Source of the DNA: Candidatus Moraniibacteriota bacterium
GTDB taxonomy: Bacteria; Patescibacteriota; Minisyncoccia; Moranbacterales; UBA1568
DNA length: 64,000 nt
Assembly: GCA_030648835.1 (NCBI GenBank)
Contig: JAUSGT010000001.1
Span: 69,010 to 133,009, forward strand
Direction: 5' to 3'
Every line of letters starts with the position of its first letter. Position 1 is the stretch's first letter. Below are positions 56,636 to 64,000 of the stretch, in pieces. Position numbers and translations under genes: made by a program. Below the pieces are notes generated by a model that saw only the letters and a list, made by a program, of their open reading frames with translations, had not been told where the DNA came from and did not search any database.

Positions 56636-57596
56636 AAAGGTCTTGATTTTGGGGGCAAGAGGAATGTTGGGACAGGAGCTCGTAAGAGTTTTTTCTTTAG
56701 ACGAGCAATATGAAGTAGCGGGGTGGGATCGGGAAGATATTGATATCACGGACTTTGCAGCGGCGGAAGAAAAGGTTCGAGCGTATAAGCCGGAGATTAT
56801 TGTGAATGCTGTCGCGTACAATGCGGTAGATGTCTGTGAAGAAAATGATGAGGAATATAAGAAGGCTCTTCTTCTCAACGTCGAAGTGCCGAAGTTTCTG
56901 GCGCGCGTGACGAAAGAGATAGGGGCGACACTGATACACTACTCGACGGATTATGTTTTTGATGGCGCTTTGGAAGGAACAAAAAAAGAAGCGGGCGGTT
57001 GCGCGACAGGAAGTTGTTGCGGTGGCAATTGTCACGGTAAGGTGGAGGCAGGCTATGATGAGGCCGCTTTGCCAAACCCACTTTCGCGTTATGGGATGAG
57101 CAAATACTTGGGTGAGCGGGAGGTACAAAAAGAAGCGGAGAAATACTATTTGATTCGTCTCTCCAAACTTTTTGGTAAAGCAGCGGCTAGCGCAATCGCC
57201 AAAAAGAGTTTTTTTGAGAAAATGTTTAACATTGCCCGCCTTGCCGAAGAGGGCAAGTCGAGGCAGGCGCAAGAGAAGTCAGAAGTAACCGTCGTAAATG
57301 ACGAGAAGAGTTGTTTTACCTATGCGCCTGACTTGGCTGTGGCTACGAAGGAGCTTGTCGAATCGGGGGACAGTTTCGGCATATATCACCTGGCAAATAG
57401 CGGAGCCGCTACCTGGTATGAAGGTGCTCGAGAGCTCTATGCACAGGCTCATATTGGGGTTACAATACAGCCTGTAGGGAGTGATGCTTTTCCGAGCAAA
57501 GCTCTCCGTCCGAAGTGTTCCGTTTTGCTCAATACTAAACGTCCGCCTCTTCGGCCGTACCAGGAAGCATTAGGTGAATACTTAAAAAATATCTGA
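56625..57596 (+). CDS. rfbD: dTDP-4-dehydrorhamnose reductase with two insertions
   Basis: GARGMLG, STDYVFDG, YGMSK. Confidence 0.92.
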   Translation: MASKKVLILGARGMLGQELVRVFSLDEQYEVAGWDREDIDITDFAAAEEKVRAYKPEIIVNAVAYNAVDVCEENDEEYKKALLLNVEVPKFLARVTKEIGATLIHYSTDYVFDGALEGTKKEAGGCATGSCCGGNCHGKVEAGYDEAALPNPLSRYGMSKYLGEREVQKEAEKYYLIRLSKLFGKAAASAIAKKSFFEKMFNIARLAEEGKSRQAQEKSEVTVVNDEKSCFTYAPDLAVATKELVESGDSFGIYHLANSGAATWYEGARELYAQAHIGVTIQPVGSDAFPSKALRPKCSVLLNTKRPPLRPYQEALGEYLKNI

Positions 57597-57607
57597 GTAT
57601 GGTGTAG

Positions 57608-57748
57608 AATGTCAAAATCCAAATTTTAAATGCCAAGTCCCTGCCTGTCGGCAGACAGGAAATTCGAAGAACAAATGTTCAAAAAGTTGGTTTTGGGATT
57701 CTGAAATTTAGTCATTGATTTGATATTTGGATTTTGAGTTTTGACATT
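57608..57748. repeat. Inverted heptamer-tract element with nested 20-bp palindrome (57640-57659)
   Basis: AATGTCAAAATCCAAAT ... ATTTGGATTTTGAGTTTTGACATT; CCTGCCTGTCGGCAGACAGG. Confidence 0.7.
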
Positions 57749-57778
57749 TTCTTTATATTTACAGTTTAATTTTGTCTT

Positions 57779-59020
57779 ATGAAATATACACATTTGAAAA
57801 AGCAGGATAGTGCTGTGTATAAGGCGCTTCTCGGTGAACAAAAGCGTCAGGAGGAAGGAGTGGAAATGATCGCATCGGAGAATTATGTTTCTGTGGCCGT
57901 GTTGGAAACGTTGGGAACCGTCTTTACGAACAAATACTCCGAAGGGTACCCAGGACGACGGTATTACGGTGGGCAGGAATTTACCGATGTGGTGGAGACG
58001 CTGGCAATTGAACGGGCGAAAAAACTTTTTGGAGCGGAACATGTCAATGTCCAATCGCATGCCGGCGCGCCGGCCAATTTGGCGGCCTACGCGGCCATCC
58101 TTAAACCGGGAGACACGGTGCTTGGGATGAATCTCTCGCATGGCGGACACCTGACGCATGGGCATCCGCTGACGCTTCCCGCTCAAATATATCGCTTTGT
58201 GGGCTACAAGACAGAAGCGGACGGAACGATTGATTACAAGAAATTGGAAGCGCTGGCAAAAAAAGAAAAGCCGAAGCTGGTCTTAGCGGGATTTTCGTCC
58301 TACACGCGGCAACTGGATTATGCCAAAATTTCCGCTATCGCCAAAAAAGTGGGAGCCTACTCCATGATGGATATGGCGCATATCGCCGGTCTGATAGCCG
58401 GGAAGGCCGTGCCGAATCCGGTGCCATATTTTGATATTGTGACGACGACAACTCACAAGACGCTCAGAGGTCCGCGAGGCGGGATGATTCTCTGTCGGGC
58501 AGAGTTAGCCAAGGCGATAGATAGAGCGGTATTTCCGGGGGTGCAAGGGGGGCCGCTCATGAATACTATCGCGGCCAAAGCGGTCGCTTTCGGTGAGGCA
58601 CTCCGGCCGGAGTTTAAGAAGTATGCCAGGCAAATTTTGAAGAACGCCAAAACACTGCAAAAAGAAATGGAAAAGTATGGGGCTCAAGTGCTTTTTGGCG
58701 GGACAGAAAATCATATGATTATGCTCGATGTCGTGAAGAGTTATGATGTATCGGGGAAAGAAGCGGAAAAGTATCTGGACGCGGTGGGTATCACTATCAA
58801 CAAAAATGTGGTTCCGGATGATCCGCGGGGTCCGATGGACCCGAGCGGCATACGTATCGGCGTGCCGGCAGTGACGACGCGGGGTTTCAAAGAAAAAGAA
58901 ATCAAACTGATAGCGAAATACATTCACCGAGCGCTGTCTTCCAAGGGAGAGGTGAAATTGTTGAACAACATCCACAAAGAAGTGAAGCAATTGTGTAAAA
59001 AATTTCCGGTATATCTATGA
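57779..59020 (+). CDS. glyA: Serine hydroxymethyltransferase
   Basis: IASEN, NKYSEGYPGRRYYGG, TTTHKTLRGPRGG. Confidence 0.97.
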   Translation: MKYTHLKKQDSAVYKALLGEQKRQEEGVEMIASENYVSVAVLETLGTVFTNKYSEGYPGRRYYGGQEFTDVVETLAIERAKKLFGAEHVNVQSHAGAPANLAAYAAILKPGDTVLGMNLSHGGHLTHGHPLTLPAQIYRFVGYKTEADGTIDYKKLEALAKKEKPKLVLAGFSSYTRQLDYAKISAIAKKVGAYSMMDMAHIAGLIAGKAVPNPVPYFDIVTTTTHKTLRGPRGGMILCRAELAKAIDRAVFPGVQGGPLMNTIAAKAVAFGEALRPEFKKYARQILKNAKTLQKEMEKYGAQVLFGGTENHMIMLDVVKSYDVSGKEAEKYLDAVGITINKNVVPDDPRGPMDPSGIRIGVPAVTTRGFKEKEIKLIAKYIHRALSSKGEVKLLNNIHKEVKQLCKKFPVYL

Positions 59021-59811
59021 AAGGAATTATTTTGGCAGGCGGGACAGGAACGCGACTGTTACCGCTGACGGCGGTCACTTCTAAGCAACTGTTGCCGGTA
59101 TACGATCGGCCGATGATATTCTATCCCTTGAATACTCTTATCAAGGCGGGGATCAAAGACATCCTTGTTATTGTCGCCCCTGATCATTCGGGACACTTTT
59201 TGAATTTGCTGGGTTCGATGTTTGAAAAACTCGGTGTGCACATTTCCTTTATGGTGCAGAAACAGCCGCGTGGGTTAGCAGAAGCTTTCATTTTGGCCGA
59301 AGATTTCATCGATGGTGATGAGACAACGCTTGTTTTGGGGGATAATATTTTTGAAGATGATTTTACCGAAGCCATCCGGACATTCGCCGGTGGTGGGCGC
59401 ATTTTTGCCAAGGAAGTCACCGATCCGGAGCGTTTCGGCGTGGTGGAATTCGGTAGCGATCATCAGGTGCTGTCCATCGAAGAAAAACCGACTCATCCGA
59501 AAAGTAGTTTTGCCATTCCCGGTATTTATATTTTTGACGCTCTTGTGGTCGAGGCAGCCAAGGGGTTGACGGCCTCCGCTCGTGGCGAGTTGGAAATCAC
59601 CGATTTGCACAAGTATTATTTAGGTAAACAGGCGCTCGATGTTCGTATGATAGAAGGGGCATGGTTCGATACAGGGACGCCTGACTCCCTCTTGGCGGCG
59701 AGTGTTTTTGCCAAGGAACATAATTTTTCCGAGCGTTTTCATGCAATGGTCAATGAGGCTATTGTGGCGTTTAATGGCGAGTATAAGAAGATGGTTTCTC
59801 TCAAGAAGTAA
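59017..59811 (+). CDS. rfbA: Glucose-1-phosphate thymidylyltransferase
   Basis: GIILAGGTGTRL, SKQLLPVYD, LGDN, RGELEITD. Confidence 0.92.
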   Translation: MKGIILAGGTGTRLLPLTAVTSKQLLPVYDRPMIFYPLNTLIKAGIKDILVIVAPDHSGHFLNLLGSMFEKLGVHISFMVQKQPRGLAEAFILAEDFIDGDETTLVLGDNIFEDDFTEAIRTFAGGGRIFAKEVTDPERFGVVEFGSDHQVLSIEEKPTHPKSSFAIPGIYIFDALVVEAAKGLTASARGELEITDLHKYYLGKQALDVRMIEGAWFDTGTPDSLLAASVFAKEHNFSERFHAMVNEAIVAFNGEYKKMVSLKK

Positions 59812-59833
59812 TTCTTTTAAAAAATGTAGGCGT

Positions 59834-60721
59834 ATGCAAAATGAAGGACATCAAAAGGTAAAAAAAGCCATTATTCCGGTCGCTGGTTTCGGGACGCGCT
59901 TCTTGCCGGCCACCAAGGCTCAGCCGAAAGAGATGCTGCCAGTAGTGGACAAACCGGTAGTGCAGTATCTGGTTGAGGAGGCGGTAGCTTCCGGTATCGA
60001 AGAGATTATCTTCGTGACAGGGCGGGGCAAGCGGGCTATTGAAGACCATTTTGATGTTTCTTATGAATTGGAGGATACGCTGGTGGAAAAGAATAAGCAC
60101 GATCTCCTTGAGGTAGTCCAAAAAATATCGACACTGGCGAAGTTTTCTTATGTGCGTCAACCGGTGCCACTCGGTGACGGGCACGCCATACTGCAAGCGG
60201 CACATCTGGTGGATGACGATGAGTCGGTGCTTATTATTTTCGGTGACTGCATCTATGACAGTGTTGTACCGGCATCTCGCCAGTTGATCGAAGCGTATGA
60301 GAAATATCGGGCACCGATTATCGGTCTTTCGGAGGTGGCGGAGGAAGATGTGTCAAAATTTGGCGTGATTGACGGTGAGAAAGTAAGCGAATGCGATTGG
60401 AAGGTGACGCACATAGTGGAGAAACCAAATCCGGGAGAAGCGCCGAGTCGCGCAGTCGCGGTGGGAAAGTATATCATTACCAACGCGGTGTTCGATGTGT
60501 TGGCGAAAATGGAATCCGGAAAATCAGGCGAGATCCGTCTGGCGGATGCTTTTGATATTATGCTTGAGAGAGGGATGCCTCTGTATGGCCGGAAACTCGA
60601 AGGGGAGTGGCTCGACACCGGGGACAAGTTCAATTTTTTGAAGACGACCATCCATCTTGGGCTCAAGCATCCGGAAATTGGGGGAAAGTTACGTAGTTAT
60701 TTGAAAGGTCTCACATTGTAG
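59834..60721 (+). CDS. galU: UTP-glucose-1-phosphate uridylyltransferase
   Basis: KAIIPVAGFGTRFLPATKAQPKEMLP. Confidence 0.93.
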   Translation: MQNEGHQKVKKAIIPVAGFGTRFLPATKAQPKEMLPVVDKPVVQYLVEEAVASGIEEIIFVTGRGKRAIEDHFDVSYELEDTLVEKNKHDLLEVVQKISTLAKFSYVRQPVPLGDGHAILQAAHLVDDDESVLIIFGDCIYDSVVPASRQLIEAYEKYRAPIIGLSEVAEEDVSKFGVIDGEKVSECDWKVTHIVEKPNPGEAPSRAVAVGKYIITNAVFDVLAKMESGKSGEIRLADAFDIMLERGMPLYGRKLEGEWLDTGDKFNFLKTTIHLGLKHPEIGGKLRSYLKGLTL

Positions 60722-60775
60722 TTTTGGTTCGGACATAACGAGAGAGATATTTTTTCAGGTGTCTCACAACACAGT

Positions 60776-61489
60776 ATGTACTGGATATACCTCACCCTCT
60801 TCATTCTCGTCGTTCTCACTCCGAAAATCATTCAGGAAGGAGCTCTTTTCCTTCGTGAGGAAGACGTGGAGTCGCTCATCATATTTTGTTTTGGGCTTTT
60901 CGGTTTTGTCCTCTATCTGGCGAAAGAAAAGGCGCTCCTTCGGGTTTTTCGGGAAAAGCTACATCTGCAGAAACGCGCCAATCTTATCACGAAGGACCTG
61001 TCCGATTCTTACTCATATATTGGTGGACTGAATCGGAAGTTCGATATCGTGAAAGACCTCATCTTCTATTTACCGAAAGACACGGCGGAAGTGCTTTCCA
61101 AAAGAGAACCGGAGACATACCAGCCGATTATTCAGGCCGTGAAGCTTCTGGCCAAAACGAAGACCGTATCGCTCCGTTTCGTCAACACGAAAACAAAAGA
61201 AGTCGAAAAAGTGGTGGAAGACGACTCGGAGAATGTTTTTTCCTCCTTTGACGCGAAAACGCTTGTGGCATCCAAAAAAACATTTTGGGAAGAGGGTAGC
61301 TCTGTCGTTGTGCGTTCACCGCGTCAGGCGAAGAGTATGGCGGCGTATATTATTTTCTCCAAAGCGACAAATCGTGTGGATGATATAGAAATTTTCAAAA
61401 TTCTTGCGTCACAGGCGTTGCTCTTATTCTGTGTCGATTGGTATAGTACGGGAGAAAGAAGAAACAAATCTCTTTCTGACCAGAAATAA
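60776..61489 (+). CDS. Hypothetical protein, two N-terminal TMs plus coiled coil
   Basis: ORF in operon context. Confidence 0.75.
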   Translation: MYWIYLTLFILVVLTPKIIQEGALFLREEDVESLIIFCFGLFGFVLYLAKEKALLRVFREKLHLQKRANLITKDLSDSYSYIGGLNRKFDIVKDLIFYLPKDTAEVLSKREPETYQPIIQAVKLLAKTKTVSLRFVNTKTKEVEKVVEDDSENVFSSFDAKTLVASKKTFWEEGSSVVVRSPRQAKSMAAYIIFSKATNRVDDIEIFKILASQALLLFCVDWYSTGERRNKSLSDQK

Positions 61490-61494
61490 AATAT

Positions 61495-62670
61495 ATGCGT
61501 ATAGGTATTGATGCCCGTTTTTACGGTTCGGTCGGGAAGGGACTCGGTCGGTATACCGAGAAACTCATCGAACATCTGGAGAGTTTGGATACGGACAACG
61601 ATTACGTTGTTTTTTTACGCCGAGAGAACTTTGACGAGTATGTTCCGAAGCATGCGCGTTTTAGAAAAGCGTTGGCGCAGTATGCCTGGTACGGTTTTTC
61701 CGAGCAGTTGTTTTTCCCCTTTCGTTTGCTTTCTTTTCGTTTGGATCTCGTTCATTTTCCGCACTTCAATGTTCCTTTCCTCTACCCGAAAAGATTCATA
61801 GTGACTATTCATGACCTCATCCTTCTTCATTATCCGACATTTCAAAATACGACGAGAACGAAGTTTTTTTATTGGTTGAAGTTTGCGGCATATCGTTTTG
61901 TTATTGCTGCCGCCATCCGGCGCGCCCTGCATGTCATTGTTGTTTCGCATTTTACCGAGAGGGATATCCTGGATCGGTATCCGCGCGCGCGTGGCAAAGT
62001 GTCGGTAACGTATGAGGCTGCCGATGCGTCGTGTCAGATTCTTCCTACACAAAAGAGAGGACCTCTTTTTGACCGGCTCGGGTTGCTGCGAGGGGCTCCG
62101 GTGGATGCTCGTGGGGTCGTTACCCGTGATATACTGAAGCCATATCTTCTGTATGTAGGGAATGCTTACCCGCATAAAAATCTCGAGGCGCTTCTGCGGG
62201 TGGCCCCTCTTTTTCCGGCATATCAATTCGTGCTTGTCGGTAAGGAAGATTATTTTTATCGGCGTCTCAAAAAAACAGTCGAGGAACAAGCACTGCGCAA
62301 CGTCATTTTTGCGGGGTTTCTCGGTGATCAAGAACTGAGTACCTTGTATCGTTTCGCCCTTTGCTATGTTTTTCCGTCGCTCTACGAAGGCTTTGGGCTG
62401 CCGCCGCTCGAAGCGATGGCGCATGGGCTCCCAGTCCTCTCTTCTCGCTGTGGTTCGCTTCCGGAAATTTTGGGTGATGCGGCACGTTATTTCGACCCTC
62501 ATATGTCCGGTTCATTCGAGACTGAACTTTCGGAAATGCTGCGTTCGGAAGCCGTGCGGCAGGAACTCTCTCTTCGCGGTTATCGTCAAGTAGCTCGCTA
62601 CAGTTGGGATCGGATGGCTCTCGAGACGCTCCGACTCTATCGTCAAACTCGACCTGCCGGTGGGGCGTGA
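61495..62670 (+). CDS. GT4 family glycosyltransferase
   Basis: MRIGIDAR, TIHDL, PHKN, EGFGLPPLEAM. Confidence 0.92.
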   Translation: MRIGIDARFYGSVGKGLGRYTEKLIEHLESLDTDNDYVVFLRRENFDEYVPKHARFRKALAQYAWYGFSEQLFFPFRLLSFRLDLVHFPHFNVPFLYPKRFIVTIHDLILLHYPTFQNTTRTKFFYWLKFAAYRFVIAAAIRRALHVIVVSHFTERDILDRYPRARGKVSVTYEAADASCQILPTQKRGPLFDRLGLLRGAPVDARGVVTRDILKPYLLYVGNAYPHKNLEALLRVAPLFPAYQFVLVGKEDYFYRRLKKTVEEQALRNVIFAGFLGDQELSTLYRFALCYVFPSLYEGFGLPPLEAMAHGLPVLSSRCGSLPEILGDAARYFDPHMSGSFETELSEMLRSEAVRQELSLRGYRQVARYSWDRMALETLRLYRQTRPAGGA

Positions 62671-64000
62671 AGATATCAAAAACAAAGATTAAAGAGATCA
62701 CAGTGGTTACTCCATATCGGCGACAACCTTCCCATATTTCCGATATCCAGTTGCCCAAGCGGCCGCCGGTTTCTTCGTGGCCGGAAGCAGAGCTCGGAAA
62801 AATAGACGAATGGTACATTTCTTCGCCGTCCGAACTTCCGTCTCGATCCGATTTACCCGAGGTGGAATCGTCTCGATTTGATCCGGCCCCGATTCGTTTT
62901 GATGAAGTGAACGAAACAGACAGTGAAGCTGTCCCGCCACGAGAGGCCCCCTTCTTGTCTCTCCTGTCGCAATATATTTCCGGTAGCGTTTCCTCTATCG
63001 GGAAAACGATGTCTTTTTTCAGACGATTACGATATCCCGGTTTGATGGTCTTTTTGGCCTTTCTCATAGCCAGTGGGATATTTTTTGGGATGCGCAAGGT
63101 GACAGATGTGAGAAGTACCGTACTCCAAGATGGGGAAAACGGGTATGAAAATCTGTCCAAGGCCATGGAAAGTATGCAATCCGAACGTTTTGGTGTGTCA
63201 CTCAATCGTTTCAACGATGCGCATGAAGCATTTTCTCATGGAGTGGACAGTCTTTCTTTGTGGGGAGGATCGCTTCTCGATCTCACTCGTTTTGTCCCGG
63301 GGCTTTCCAAAGTAGCTTCAGGAAAATATATGTTGGAAGCCGGAAAGCATTTTGCCGCCGCCGGTATTCCGCTTGCCCGAATAACCGAAGAACTCGCGCT
63401 TTCCAAAGGAGCTTACACACAAGGGGAAAAAATTTCGCTTCTCAATCTTTTCAGGCGTATCAAGATACCGCTTGGTGGGGCTCTTGCCGAACTGGAAGCG
63501 GGAAATCAAGCGCTGAGAGAGGTGGATATCGAAGATATCCCCAAAGAGAAGCAGGCTCAATTCTCACTGGTGAAACAGAGCTTGCCGACATTTATCGGTC
63601 TGGTCAAAAGTTTTGATCAGCACGAGATGCTCTTTGAGGAGCTCCTGGGAGGCAATGGTCCGCGCAAGTATCTTTTTCTTCTTCAAAATAATCAGGAAAT
63701 GCGCGCCACCGGCGGTTTTATCGGAAGCTACGCGCTTATGGATATGGAAGACGGTGTCATGCGGCGTTTTTTTGTGGATGGCATTTTCAATCCCGATGGT
63801 CAGCTGAAAGAAAATATTGTGCCGCCGAAAGCCATACAGAAGGTGAGTGCCGCGTGGAGTCTCCATGACAGTAATTGGTTTCCGGATTTTCCCGTATCGG
63901 CAGAGAAGGCGATGTTTTTTTATGAAAAAACCGGTGGGCCGACGGTGGACGGTGTCATCACGCTGACGCCGACCGTTATGCAGAAACTGCTTTCCGTCAC
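62667..64000 (+). CDS. DUF4012-type membrane-anchored protein, 5' part (runs off window; absent from ORF track)
   Basis: GTG overlaps previous stop; the same frame contains GPRKYLFLLQNNQEMRATGGFIGS and DSNWFPDF. Confidence 0.8.
   Translation, partial: MKISKTKIKEITVVTPYRRQPSHISDIQLPKRPPVSSWPEAELGKIDEWYISSPSELPSRSDLPEVESSRFDPAPIRFDEVNETDSEAVPPREAPFLSLLSQYISGSVSSIGKTMSFFRRLRYPGLMVFLAFLIASGIFFGMRKVTDVRSTVLQDGENGYENLSKAMESMQSERFGVSLNRFNDAHEAFSHGVDSLSLWGGSLLDLTRFVPGLSKVASGKYMLEAGKHFAAAGIPLARITEELALSKGAYTQGEKISLLNLFRRIKIPLGGALAELEAGNQALREVDIEDIPKEKQAQFSLVKQSLPTFIGLVKSFDQHEMLFEELLGGNGPRKYLFLLQNNQEMRATGGFIGSYALMDMEDGVMRRFFVDGIFNPDGQLKENIVPPKAIQKVSAAWSLHDSNWFPDFPVSAEKAMFFYEKTGGPTVDGVITLTPTVMQKLLSV

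Noticed and set aside
55640-56878. Long antisense ORFs (412 aa here; also 51329-52345, 62303-63214, 25995-26891, 61615-62502 and others)
   Set aside because: Shadows of well-supported + strand genes with no recognisable motifs
1-64000. tRNA, rRNA, prophage or transposase genes
   Set aside because: None recognised; a tRNAscan/Infernal run would be needed to exclude divergent RNAs

Overview
Bacterial chromosome segment, almost all + strand. Gene content and style (uvrB/uvrA/uvrC/uvrA2, type IV pilus pilC-pilins-pilMNO, minimal mraZ-rsmH-ftsL-ftsI-murF, rfbCBD-glyA-rfbA-galU, DUF4012 gene, many tiny palindromic repeats) suggest a Patescibacteria/CPR (Parcubacteria-like) genome; this is inference. 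No rRNA, tRNA, CRISPR array, integrase or transposase was seen. The main novelty is an accessory region at ~32.1-47.6 kb. Its first part (32.2-38.6 kb) is an array of small gene cassettes joined by five copies of a 20-bp core (TAAATATACTGAGCWGTGAA, the 3' end of a mazG-like gene) whose left and right flanks occur in reassorted combinations. It also holds a filled and an empty copy of a palindrome-bounded HTH cassette, and a DUF3800 gene with a convergent small RNA. Its second part is an AT-rich defence-like block: Dam-REase-MTase, an SF2 helicase-ParB-like-PLD-TPR operon matching no system I know, and an orphan AbiEii-WYL fusion with a membrane protein. The backbone carries a 4-copy ~145-nt covarying structured element, mini-palindromes inserted in frame in uvrC, rsmH, ftsL and rfbD, and several unannotated small ORF/sRNA units. 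All calls are from motif recognition by eye; no searches were run.
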